Shown in pieces: positions 28,485 to 38,700 of a stretch of 64,000 nt of DNA (positions within the stretch are counted from its first letter, which is position 1; each line of letters opens with the position of its first letter). The stretch is taken from positions 4,672,001-4,736,000 of the forward strand of contig OZ220744.1 of the NCBI GenBank assembly GCA_965116925.1, read 5' to 3'. Made by a program: the position numbers and the translations under genes. Below the pieces are notes generated by a model. The model made no database searches. It was given only the letters and a program-made list of their open reading frames with translations, and had not been told where the DNA came from. Source of the DNA: Candidatus Poribacteria bacterium. GTDB lineage: Bacteria > Poribacteria > WGA-4E > PCPOR2b.

Positions 28485-28586
28485 CAGGACTTACGCAAAT
28501 TTAGTGAGCGGCGCGATATTTTTTTATTTTTAACCCCCTAAATCCCCCTTATCAGGGGGACTTATGAACCAACTACGTAAGTCCTA
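28485..28586. mobile_element. MITE family A (102 bp), inverted relative to 26201-26302
   Basis: CAGGACTTACGCA...TACGTAAGTCCTA; internal sequence is a near reverse complement of the 26201 copy. Confidence 0.8.
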
Positions 28587-28611
28587 AAAAAGAAAAAACC
28601 GAGGAATATCA

Positions 28612-29637
28612 ATGAAACTGGTTACTTTTGAACTCACAACACAACTTGGGAAACAGCAGCGACTGGGAGCGATGGTTGACGGCGATCAAATCGTCGATCT
28701 CAATTCTGCCTACGCGCTTCATCTTTCAGAGACACAGGGGCAACCCGCTGCCTATCAGAGTGCGGATGCCATCCTGCCGTCGGACATGATCCAATACTTT
28801 GAACGGGGAGAAAGATCGAGAAAAGCGGCGCAAGCGAGCCTTGAACAGCTTGATGGCACCAATGCCACGGGCGTCCGAGGCGAACAGATTGTTTATTCGG
28901 CAGATCAGGTAAACCTACTTGCACCATTCCCACGTCCTGCTAGCCTACGGGATTTCGGCGTGTTCAAGACGCACATGGATGCCGCTGCATTGATCACCGG
29001 CAAGGAAATCTCCCCGGAATGGTTTAAGCTGCCGAACTATTATCGTGGTAGCACGAGTCCCGCTTCCATCGCTGGACACGAGGCACCCGTGACGTGGCCC
29101 AACTATACCGACAAACTTGACTTTGAGTTGGAATGGGGCGTTTATATCGGTAAGGAAGGGAAGAACATCTCGGTTGAAGACGCACCAAACTATATCGGCG
29201 GCTATACAATCTATAATGACATCAGCGCGCGTGACATCCAGTTTCGCCACATGACGTTGGCACTTGGACCCGCCAAAGGGAAGGACTTCGATAACAGCAA
29301 TATCATGGGCCCCTGCCTCGTCACACCTGACGAAATTGACGATCCGTATAACTTGCGGATGATTGCACGGGTCAACGGCGAAGTCTGGGCGGACGGAAAT
29401 ACGTCGGATATGTACTACACTTTTGCAGAGATGATCTCCTTTGTTTCGCAGTCTGAAACTCTTTGTGTGGGGGATTTTCTTGGATCTGGCACAGTTGGCA
29501 AAGGCTGCGGTTGGGAGTTAGATCGGTGGATTCAGCCCGGCGATGTCATTGAGCTAGAGGTTGAGAGGATTGGGCTGCTCCGCAATCAGATTGAGGAGAA
29601 ATCGGAGAATCCAGCGGCATGGCAGGAAAAGCAATAG
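28612..29637 (+). CDS. Fumarylacetoacetate hydrolase family protein
   Basis: LDFELE, NDISARD, KGKDF, GSGT. Confidence 0.9.
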   Translation: MKLVTFELTTQLGKQQRLGAMVDGDQIVDLNSAYALHLSETQGQPAAYQSADAILPSDMIQYFERGERSRKAAQASLEQLDGTNATGVRGEQIVYSADQVNLLAPFPRPASLRDFGVFKTHMDAAALITGKEISPEWFKLPNYYRGSTSPASIAGHEAPVTWPNYTDKLDFELEWGVYIGKEGKNISVEDAPNYIGGYTIYNDISARDIQFRHMTLALGPAKGKDFDNSNIMGPCLVTPDEIDDPYNLRMIARVNGEVWADGNTSDMYYTFAEMISFVSQSETLCVGDFLGSGTVGKGCGWELDRWIQPGDVIELEVERIGLLRNQIEEKSENPAAWQEKQ

Positions 29638-29654
29638 AGGGAGAAAAGCGTGCT

Positions 29655-30404
29655 ATGAGACTTGAAGGAAAAGTTGCAATCATCACTGGTGCCGCCTCCG
29701 GCATCGGACAGGCAACGGCGCTCCTATTTGCCAAGGAAGGAGCAACGGTTGTCGTAGCGGATCTGGATGAAGCCGGGGGAAACGAAGTGGTCAAGCAGAT
29801 CAAAGCTGATGGCGGCAAAGCGATGCTCATCCGCACCGATGTAACAGAGGCGACAGATGTACAGGCGATGGTCAAATCGACGATCGACACTTACGGCAAG
29901 TTGGATGTGCTGTTCAACAACGCAGGCATTGCGATGCGTTTGCCCGTCGTGGAGTTGCCGGAGGAAGATTGGGACCGCTGCGTAGACATCAACCTGAAAG
30001 GGGTTTTTCTCGGCTCAAAGTACGCTATCCCCGAAATGATTAAGAATGGCGGCGGTTCGATTATCAATATGGCATCGATCTACGGTCTCGTCGGTGCGCC
30101 GACCCGCGCGGCTTACGTCGCTACAAAAGGTGGGGTCGCCAATCTGACCCGTGGTATGGCACTCGACTATGCCACCGACAACGTCCGTGTCAACTGCCTC
30201 TGTCCCGGTTTTACCGAAACCCCGCTCCTAGCAGGCGTTCTGAAAACCGAGGCGGAATATCAGGCACTCGCCGAGCAACACCCGATGAAACGCCTCGCTA
30301 CGCCACAGGAGATTGCCTACGGTGCACTGTTCTTAGCGTCGGATGAATCTGTTTTCGTGACAGGAATCGCGCTACCAATCGACGGTGGGTTTACAGCGGG
30401 TTAG
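29655..30404 (+). CDS. Short-chain dehydrogenase/reductase
   Basis: TGAASGIG, NNAG, YVATK; ATG 29655 preferred. Confidence 0.92.
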   Translation: MRLEGKVAIITGAASGIGQATALLFAKEGATVVVADLDEAGGNEVVKQIKADGGKAMLIRTDVTEATDVQAMVKSTIDTYGKLDVLFNNAGIAMRLPVVELPEEDWDRCVDINLKGVFLGSKYAIPEMIKNGGGSIINMASIYGLVGAPTRAAYVATKGGVANLTRGMALDYATDNVRVNCLCPGFTETPLLAGVLKTEAEYQALAEQHPMKRLATPQEIAYGALFLASDESVFVTGIALPIDGGFTAG

Positions 30405-30470
30405 GCAAAGCAGAGATTAGGGGCAGGTCTTGTGCCTGCCCAAAGGGATAAGGACAGGGAGACGGAAAAA

Positions 30471-31718
30471 ATGACCATGCAGGTCCATCCCAACTATGCA
30501 CGACTTGTTGACTTGGCGCGTGAGAGTCACGAGAAAGGGCGCACGCCAGCGGAGATTACGTCCGAAGATGTTGCACTAGCACGCTTGTATAGCTACGCAT
30601 TTCGCGGTCATACAATTGGTGCCTTTCACGCCACACGATTGGCAATTGATGAAATTGAGATGTGCGATCCACTCACCGAGGCGCATCGCAAGCGGGCAGT
30701 AGAACTCTTGATAGACCTAGCGAATCAAACGATGGATGCCGTGGAAGCTGACTTTCGTGCCTTGATCTCTACGTTCTACCGCTACGCCACCAACATCCCA
30801 AGAGTCATCGAATCACTAAGCGAGGGGATCGAGACGTGCAAATTGGAGTCAATGCGGAAGGTTCGAGATCGGTTCACCGAACTGATGGAAGAGATCACTA
30901 ACGGCAACGGTATTCATACGACGTTGGACACGCACGCCCCGGAGCAAGCCAGTTTCATCGTGCCAAATCTCGGTATCACAATTGTACCGCTCGTTTATGG
31001 GGATTATCACTCATGGAATCTGGCGTACCTTGATGGTCCTCGGTCGGATGTGCCATTTCATCTCCATCAGGATGGTGTTGAGATCCATCTGGGCTACGGA
31101 CCGTTGCACGGCAATACGGTTCTCGGTGAATTCCATGCGGAAGTGGACGAAGGCTATGCCATGCCTATTCCCCCAAAGGTGAGACACGGATATGTTAACG
31201 ACAGTACCATGCAGCATCACGTTCCGTTCATCTTTGGATCGTTGACCCGCGGCGGGTGGGGCGTGTTTCTGGACGTGGAGGCGCAACCGATTGACCTAGA
31301 CAAACTTGATAAGACGCCCGTCTACAGCCGTCAAATGAATCAGACGATCTATCTCGAACGCGAAATCGAGAAAGCTGCAGGGAGGTTCTCCCCTGTGCGT
31401 TACCCAATCATCCCGGCTTCCGCTACCGACGGAGATGGGATTGGGGGGCTAGAGTTGTCTGTAGCGCGTGTCAATGGATATGGGTTGAACTTGCGAACTG
31501 ATCGCTTCTGCATCGTCTCCGTTGTCCGTGGACAAGGGGTTGTGCAGATGGCTGGTGTTAAGAAGAAGGTAGGACCTCACGAACATTTCTGTGTGCCGGC
31601 GGGTATCCCTGCATTCCTGCAACAAGAAGGAAACGAACCGATGGTGACGTTGGATGCGGTGATTAAGGAAGCGCGAAGCCCAATATCTAACCCAAAATGG
31701 CGACGGAATCGCCCTTGA
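30471..31718 (+). CDS. Uncharacterised protein with cupin metal-binding motifs
   Basis: PFHLHQDGVEIH and IPPKVRHG cupin motifs; second cupin-like region at the C-terminus; start uncertain. Confidence 0.6.
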   Translation: MTMQVHPNYARLVDLARESHEKGRTPAEITSEDVALARLYSYAFRGHTIGAFHATRLAIDEIEMCDPLTEAHRKRAVELLIDLANQTMDAVEADFRALISTFYRYATNIPRVIESLSEGIETCKLESMRKVRDRFTELMEEITNGNGIHTTLDTHAPEQASFIVPNLGITIVPLVYGDYHSWNLAYLDGPRSDVPFHLHQDGVEIHLGYGPLHGNTVLGEFHAEVDEGYAMPIPPKVRHGYVNDSTMQHHVPFIFGSLTRGGWGVFLDVEAQPIDLDKLDKTPVYSRQMNQTIYLEREIEKAAGRFSPVRYPIIPASATDGDGIGGLELSVARVNGYGLNLRTDRFCIVSVVRGQGVVQMAGVKKKVGPHEHFCVPAGIPAFLQQEGNEPMVTLDAVIKEARSPISNPKWRRNRP

Positions 31719-31733
31719 CGAACACAGAACAAG

Positions 31734-32486
31734 TCAAGGCTTCCCCATTGTAAAGCGGAAGTTACTTCTGAGAAAATAGGATAGCAGCTTATTGCCTAAC
31801 AGGATTCTCCCCGGCGAGCGCAGTGTATTAAAGGAGGTCCATCTAACCCTTGGATTAACGAACCCGACCTGACTTAACAGATCCACCCAAACTTCCGGTG
31901 CCTGATGCTTATGCCACTCTATCGTGGGAGCGAAAGGATTCTTAATTCTGAGTAAGGCGAAGAAATTATATCTTGAGCAGTCACAAACGATTAGCTTTGC
32001 CCCACGATCTGCAAGTGAACTGAGTTTTGAACACATATTCAGATAAGTCGCCTTGGACGCTTCATCGCTGAGCAGGTTAATACAAGCAGTCTCATCTAGG
32101 TGGTTTATTGAGTTGTGGAGCAAGATAATATCAAACTGCTTTCCTGCGGGTTCAAAGGCTTGAAAAGTAACCGGTTCAAATTTTACCTGATTGTATCCGA
32201 GAATCCCACCTAGCTTCCTAAACTTTGCCTCCATCCCAGAGCGGCTCCCCTCCGTTTCCGGTTCGAGGCATACAACCTCTTTAGCACCCATACAAGCCGC
32301 ATAGAAACTGTGTAAGCCGCTCCCTCCGCCGATATCAAGCACTCGCCTATTTTCGAGAACAATGTTCTCGAACAAAGTCTTCAGGTGGAATTGAAGGTTT
32401 CCTCTATTTGGATATAACCCTTCTTTGATAACGGTGGAGAGGTACTCTTCAAGGTCTGGCTGGGTTGACATCTCTGCACCCGTCAC
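31734..32486 (-). CDS. Class I SAM-dependent methyltransferase
   Basis: VLDIGGGSG, FDIILL; GTGA overlap with the upstream gene (start may be 32471). Confidence 0.85.
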   Translation of the reverse strand: MTGAEMSTQPDLEEYLSTVIKEGLYPNRGNLQFHLKTLFENIVLENRRVLDIGGGSGLHSFYAACMGAKEVVCLEPETEGSRSGMEAKFRKLGGILGYNQVKFEPVTFQAFEPAGKQFDIILLHNSINHLDETACINLLSDEASKATYLNMCSKLSSLADRGAKLIVCDCSRYNFFALLRIKNPFAPTIEWHKHQAPEVWVDLLSQVGFVNPRVRWTSFNTLRSPGRILLGNKLLSYFLRSNFRFTMGKP

Positions 32487-33064
32487 GGATCTTCAGCCAC
32501 TGGTGCCGATGGCAGATCCCCTGTATCAAGGAAATCCTCCAACTCAACGCCGAGTGCACCGGCAATCCGGTTGACGGAATTGAAGAACCCGACAACTTCG
32601 ACGACATCGAAAATCGTTTCGTCATCCAAGCCGTGCGATCTGAGTAGATCCAGATCTGATGGTTGAACTGTATAGGCAGCAAGGGTGACCTTCTCTGCAA
32701 ATTCTAGGATCGCTCTCGTAGTTGCATCCAAATCCGCAGAGTGGAAATCTGTTTTGATCTGACTAACCAGTTGATCTTCGTTGACCTGTTCCCGCAGGTC
32801 TTCACCGTGCGCTTGCACTCAGTATCGGCAGCTATTAATTTGCGAAACCACTGTCGCTATCATCTCCCGTTGCGCCCGACTCAGTTTGGAAGGACCGAAC
32901 ATCGCGACTTCATACTGGTTGATGAACACTTTGAGGCTTTCCGGCTTGATGCTGAACAACTTGACGATATTGTAAACTCGCCCGGCACGCTTGATTCCTG
33001 CTTCATACTCTTCCTTGACGATACCTATCGCCTCTGATTCGGGAACGGTTCGGATCCATGCCAT
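32483..33064 (-). CDS. AhpD-like/peroxidase-related selenoprotein (193 aa, Sec82)
   Basis: Two in-frame ORFs joined by TGA at 32819-32821 give REMIA..VS..NSCRY-U-VQAHG. Confidence 0.88.
32783..32818 (-). promoter_or_regulatory. Putative bacterial SECIS element
   Basis: GACCUG-CGGGAA-CAGGUC hairpin; loop starts 24 nt after UGA with G at position 2. Confidence 0.65.
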
Positions 33065-33087
33065 TTTCTGTTACCTTGAGGTTGAAG

Positions 33088-33117
33088 TTGACATCTAAAA
33101 AGTTATGGTGCTATAAT
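33088..33117 (+). promoter_or_regulatory. Consensus sigma-70 promoter
   Basis: TTGACA-18-TATAAT with extended -10 TG. Confidence 0.7.
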
Positions 33118-33444
33118 GACACACCTTTTATCGGAGTCCAAGAAACGGAATCGGGGTTTCTTAGTCCCTATGGACTTGAAACGTCGGAATCAATCTTCCG
33201 GTTGCGGCTTTTCAAACAAAATGGTAACAAAGCTGAAAACTATAGTGAATTCTAAAAATATCTGTTAGATTATGATCCCCTTTCGCAAACTAACAGTTCG
33301 CGTGACTTATGGCAGATTCCCCTTTACATCGGAGACATGCACTGTGTGCCGTACCCCTGCCAACAAGTTTCTGACGAGCTCGTTCACAGTGTCTCATTAA
33401 TTCTGAAATCTACTATAAATAGCCCATGGAGGACACCTCCCCTC

Positions 33445-34143
33445 ATGCGAACACGGGAACTCATTGAACCCGATATAGTCACCATCCCCGAAGGAGATTT
33501 CCTTATGGGAAGCGACAACGGTGCGGTGAACGAACGGCCTATCCACCGTGTATGGGTGGACACTTTCGGCATCGCCCGATACCCTGTGACCAACCGGGAG
33601 TATAAGTCCTTTATGGAGATGACAGACCATTCGCCGCCACGGTTTTGGGGTGAGTCCAAGTTTCAACACCCAGACCAGCCGGTTGTCGGACCCAGTTGGT
33701 ATGATGCCGTCGGCTATTGCGAGTGGTTAAAGGATTTGGTTGGCAAACCCTATCGTCTCCCAACGGAAGCAGAGCGTGAAAAAGCAGCGCGGGGTGGATT
33801 GGAAGGTAGGGACTATCCGTGGGGCGATGAGCTGCACGAGGACCATGTGGGCGGGCGGAATGCCCCGCATCTTCCAGTTGGGACTGACGGTCCTAACGGT
33901 TATGGGCTTTACAATATGTCAGAAGGCGTCCACGAATGGTGCGCTGATAATTACGATCCAACTTACTACGAAATCTCACCGGATCGCAATCCGACCGGTC
34001 CACAACACAGCGATCGCCGTGTGGCACGCGGCGGTTCATGGCGTCATAGTGTCCGCTTTGCTCGCTGTGCGGCACGGAGCAGTCTCAGTCCAGAAAAGCA
34101 GTTCAGCGACTTCGGATTCCGATGCGCGATGACAATTGAGTAG
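33445..34143 (+). CDS. FGE-sulfatase (SUMF1/EgtB/PvdO) domain protein
   Basis: FLMGS, VTNREY, RLPTEAE, PNGYGLYNM..GVHEW, GFRC; start uncertain. Confidence 0.88.
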   Translation: MRTRELIEPDIVTIPEGDFLMGSDNGAVNERPIHRVWVDTFGIARYPVTNREYKSFMEMTDHSPPRFWGESKFQHPDQPVVGPSWYDAVGYCEWLKDLVGKPYRLPTEAEREKAARGGLEGRDYPWGDELHEDHVGGRNAPHLPVGTDGPNGYGLYNMSEGVHEWCADNYDPTYYEISPDRNPTGPQHSDRRVARGGSWRHSVRFARCAARSSLSPEKQFSDFGFRCAMTIE

Positions 34144-34228
34144 TTGTCTTTCATGGTGCAATGACCCAATGTACTAATGAACGAACGAACCCAATGGCCT
34201 TCACGTTTTACGTTTCACGTTTCACGCT

Positions 34229-35155
34229 ATGAAATCTTCACTGATTTGCATTGTTGGTCCCACCGCTGTCGGCAAAACGGAAATAGCGATTCAACTCGCG
34301 CAGTACCTCGACGCCGAGATTGTGTCGCTCGATTCACGGCAGATCTACCGGAAGATGGACATCGGTACGGCAAAGCCAACACCGGACCAACAGCGAGCGG
34401 TGCCCCACCACCTCATTGATTGTGTGGGGGTGGACCAATCCTTCTCTGTCGCAGAATATCAGCGATTGGCAGATAGCACGATTAAAGAGATTCAGGAACG
34501 TGGCAAACGGAGGATGGTTGTCGGCGGGGCGGGACTGTATTTTCGGGGTCTCATTGATGGGCTTTTCGACGGTCCCGGTGCGGATGCCGAGATTCGATCG
34601 AAACTCCAGCGAGCAGCGGACGAACACGGCAACGTCGCTCTGCATGAACAGCTGCGCCGATGCGATCCGGAGACCGCGGATCGGGTGCACCCAAATAACC
34701 GCGTCAAAGTCATTCGTGCCTTAGAGGTTTACGAACTGACAGGGAAACCCATTTCTGCCTTACAACAACAGTGGAAGAGGAATAAATCCCGCTACCCATT
34801 CCGGGCATTCGGGCTTAACATGCCGCGTGAGGCACTTTATCGGCGGATTGAAGATCGCGTGGATCAGATGGTAGAGGTCGGCTTAATTGAAGAGGTCAAA
34901 GGGTTATTAGATCAGGGCTACCCACGCAACTGCGTCGCAATGCAAAGTTTCGGATACAAGGAGCTCATCGAGTATCTCGACGGAAATCGAACTCTTGATG
35001 AAGGGATTGCACTCTTAAAACAGAACACCCGCCGATTCGCTAAACGGCAGTTAACATGGTTTTGCAACGATCCACGAATTGAATGGCTAGACATCTCTCC
35101 GTTTTCATCAATAGACGGAATTGTGGATAACCTTCTAGCAAAGAACCCCGTCTAA
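34229..35155 (+). CDS. miaA: tRNA dimethylallyltransferase
   Basis: GPTAVGKT, DSRQIYRKMDIGTAKP, RALEV, FAKRQLTW. Confidence 0.97.
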   Translation: MKSSLICIVGPTAVGKTEIAIQLAQYLDAEIVSLDSRQIYRKMDIGTAKPTPDQQRAVPHHLIDCVGVDQSFSVAEYQRLADSTIKEIQERGKRRMVVGGAGLYFRGLIDGLFDGPGADAEIRSKLQRAADEHGNVALHEQLRRCDPETADRVHPNNRVKVIRALEVYELTGKPISALQQQWKRNKSRYPFRAFGLNMPREALYRRIEDRVDQMVEVGLIEEVKGLLDQGYPRNCVAMQSFGYKELIEYLDGNRTLDEGIALLKQNTRRFAKRQLTWFCNDPRIEWLDISPFSSIDGIVDNLLAKNPV

Positions 35156-35212
35156 TGGATAAAATGCCAGTATCAAAAGTGCGAGATCTGTATAAAACCT
35201 GTATAGCAGAAA

Positions 35213-35303
35213 CGCTCATGTTAAGAAAACGTGCAACAGCGGGCGGGGTGACCCCGCCCCTACGATTTCGTTTCGCGTTTTGCACTTACTTTTTATATGA
35301 GCC
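35213..35303. mobile_element. MITE family B with 8-bp TSD
   Basis: CGCTCATG...TATGAGCC flanked by AGCAGAAA on both sides; internal REP hairpin. Confidence 0.85.
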
Positions 35304-35326
35304 AGCAGAAAAAATGGAACTTTTTC

Positions 35327-35749
35327 ATGGCTGAAGAAGTGGTGGTAATAGAGAAAATCATAGCAAAAGAACCGCTTACAAAGGAAATGATCGACGCAGG
35401 TGCTAACGTCTTGCGTCATCTCAATAAAGCGAATTTTGATGTTCAGGCGGCTTTGTGGATCTACCGGTTGGAATCAAATTCTTGGCGTCTTGTTTTTGCT
35501 CTGCCCGAAGTAGAAAAAGATGGACCGCTGAAAAGTTATACGAAAATACGGCGTATCCTCTCCCAGATTCCAGACAACCAACCCCGTCTGACTCTATCCG
35601 ATATCAAGGTATCCGAAACCGATCATGGCTTGATTACTGCATTGCGAAAGAGAAATAGTCTTGCGAATAAAGAGTTTCCGCAACATGTTTATCATGTCGG
35701 AGGACGCGACCACCACGTTGACGAGGGATATATCTATCAACTACGGTAA
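35327..35749 (+). CDS. Hypothetical protein
   Basis: Plausible globular ORF (AALWIY...SWRLVFA); the ATG at 35297 lies inside the MITE end. Confidence 0.65.
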   Translation: MAEEVVVIEKIIAKEPLTKEMIDAGANVLRHLNKANFDVQAALWIYRLESNSWRLVFALPEVEKDGPLKSYTKIRRILSQIPDNQPRLTLSDIKVSETDHGLITALRKRNSLANKEFPQHVYHVGGRDHHVDEGYIYQLR

Positions 35750-35783
35750 CACTACAAAATAAAAAACAGACTGGAGGTAAACA

Positions 35784-38700
35784 ATGGCAGCAAGGGAAGG
35801 TTACACAGAGCTACAAGCAAGAGTTTTGGCAGCCCGCCGTGTCTGGAAACGAACACTCTTTTGGACCGGCTGTGCAATTGCTATCGTTGGACTGATCGTG
35901 ATTCTCGCCGGTGCAGCGATCGTAGACCTGCTGATGCCGCTACCGGGCAGCATTCGCCTTGCGCTGCTGATCGGTGTTATTGGGGCTGTAGGCTACCTGC
36001 TCTATAGATATCTCATTCAACCGCTTCGGGCAAAACTGACGCCGCATGATGTCGCGCTCAACGTCGAGCGGAAGCACCAAGACCTTGAAGATCGCCTCGT
36101 TAGTGCCCTCCAGTTTGGCGAGGTGGAAACCGACGATCCAATCAAATCACATCTGTTGCAGCGACTGGTCACGGATGCCGTAGAACGGACTGAGGGAATT
36201 GATTTCAGAACCACAGTCGATAAAAGCAAAAAACGCAAGCACATCGGTATTGCGGTTGCCGCACTCACCGGATGCGCGCTAATCGCACTAATTTTTCCCA
36301 CCGAACTTAACACTTCTCTGAATCGCCTGCTCAGTCCTTGGGAAAAAACCGAGCCCGTGTTTACAACTAAACTGACCGTCGAACCGGGGAACGCCCGCAT
36401 TTTACGGGGCCGAAGCCTTGCAATCAACCTCGAAGTGACCGGCAAAGCTGCCGATAAAGCGCGGCTTATTTATACAAAGGGAAACCCAATCGCTGACACC
36501 ACCTCTCTTCCCCCCGCAAGCGGGGGGATACAGGGGGGGCGTCAAGAAATTGATATGGTGCGAATCGAGGGTGAGAAGCGCAGGTTTGGCTATGAAATCT
36601 TCAACATCAATGAGAATATGGAGTACTATGTAACAGCGAACGGAGCAGAATCGGAACGTTACACCGTTGAAGTGTTCGACACCCCCAAAGTTACCGCGAT
36701 TGAGATTGCCTATACCTATCCCGAATACACAAAATTGAAACCGATTATACAGCAGGGAGAGGGAAATATCCGCGCTGTCGTCGGATCTCAAGCAGAAGTC
36801 CGTATTACGACCAACAAAGCCATCCAATCAGCAACGCTCACAGTGGAGGCAGAAGATTCGGTCCCCATGCTTATCCCCGATGGACGCACGCTCACCATGA
36901 CTCTTGATGTGTTGAACGACGGAAAGTATACCGTTAAACTGCTCTGCGTTGATGGCTTTAATAACCAAGCTCCAATCGAATACACCATTACAGCAATCCC
37001 CGATGAACCGCCTGAAATCGCCATCAAGGAGCCGGGCAGGGACATCAAAGCCACAAAATTAGAGGAGGTCAGAGTCCTCGCAGAAGCGACAGATGACTAC
37101 GGCGTTGAAGAAATGACGTTGATGTACAGCATCGGATCCGGTGAACCGCAAGAATTGCCAATAGAATCCGTTGAGGTTAAAGCGGATAAAATAATCTCCG
37201 GTGCTTACGTTTTCTATCTCGAAGAGCTCGATGTGGAGCCGGGGGAGCTTATCTCCTATTATGCCCAAGCTATCGATAACAATACGCGGACGGGACCAGG
37301 GACAAGCACCTCTGAACTCTATTTCATCGAGGTACGTCCGTTCAATGAACGGTATATGCAGATGGATGCAGAAGGGCAGCAAGCTCAACAAGAAGGACAA
37401 CCGTTCCCCAATCTAATCGCAGATCAACGGACAATTATCAAGAAAACATGGAAGCACATCCACTCCCGTCCGTCCCCCATGACGGAGGACTACCAATCTG
37501 CTGTCAAACAGATAGGGGTAGAACAGGAGCAACTCAAAGACAAAACGCAACGGGTTACTGATGAGTTGAGCATGTCGATGCGCGACGCAAACGTAGACCC
37601 TGAAATGCTGATGAATCTGGAGGCAGCCGTCGCCAAGATGGGTGAAGCGACTGATGAACTCTATGCTGTAAAACCGAAAGCGGCGCTGCCACACGAACAG
37701 GACGCCCTCGAACTTCTCACCAAAGCCATGATGGAGTTAGATAAGGTCTTGACACAGATGCGATCGGGTGGCAACCGAGAAGTCGCCGATAATATAGAGA
37801 TGGATATGGAGGATCTCCAAGACACGATTGAGCAAGATCAAAACGAGTTGGACGATCAGATGCGCGAGGGTACGCAAGAGCTACTGGATCAAGCGAGAGA
37901 TATGCTCGCCCAACAGGAACAACTCACGGAACAGAGCCAACAGCTGGCACGGGAGGGACAGCCTTCACAACGAGAGATGCAGCAAAACAGCCAACAAGAG
38001 GGACGGTTGGCGCAACAAGCGCAGCAGATGGCAGAACAAGCCCAACAGATGGGTCAGTCAGTCGGGCAGGGTGCAGGAAACAGTACAGGACAGCGTATGG
38101 TTCAAGCGGGCGAAGCATTGGAACAAGCATCTGAAAATATGGAGGCAGCTTCAGAGAACATGGGGGCTGGACAGCCACAGATGGGGGCTGCGAAGGGACA
38201 AAAAGCCGAAGAAAACCTGCAGCAGGCGATTGAGGAACTTGAGAAGGTCGCGGCACAGTACACCGATCAGGCCCTTGAGGATGTGACCGAATCACTCGAC
38301 CAACTTACGGCTGAACAATCGGAGATACGAGAGCAAACGGAAACGCTTGAGGAAGAAACTCGACAGGATGGCATTAGCGTTGAAGATGCGCGGAATGCTT
38401 CTGAGTTGGCGAATCAACAGCGAACCCTCCGCCGAGACCTTGAGCAACTGCAACGCAATCTCTCAAATCTGCGGGAGGCACTTAACGAAAATGAACCCCA
38501 AGCGGCCCGAAATGTCGCGGACGCAAATCGTCGTATCATTGAGGAACAGGCATCTGGGAATATGGAGGACGCACAACGGGCATTGCAGTGGCGGAACTTC
38601 CAATCTTCAGAGCGAGAGCAGCGGGAGGTGCTCGATACCCTTTTGGATGCGCGAAATGACCTACAACAAGCTAGGACAAATCTAGCGGAGACCGAGGAGG

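Noticed and set aside
32483..33064. Split gene or pseudogene reading for this locus and for 48702-49262
   Set aside because: Each has one TGA exactly at a catalytic Cys position followed by a hairpin and no other lesions, which fits Sec better.
33445..34143. Active formylglycine-generating enzyme
   Set aside because: The catalytic Cys pair after RGGS is missing (RGGSWRHS), so only the domain family is supported.
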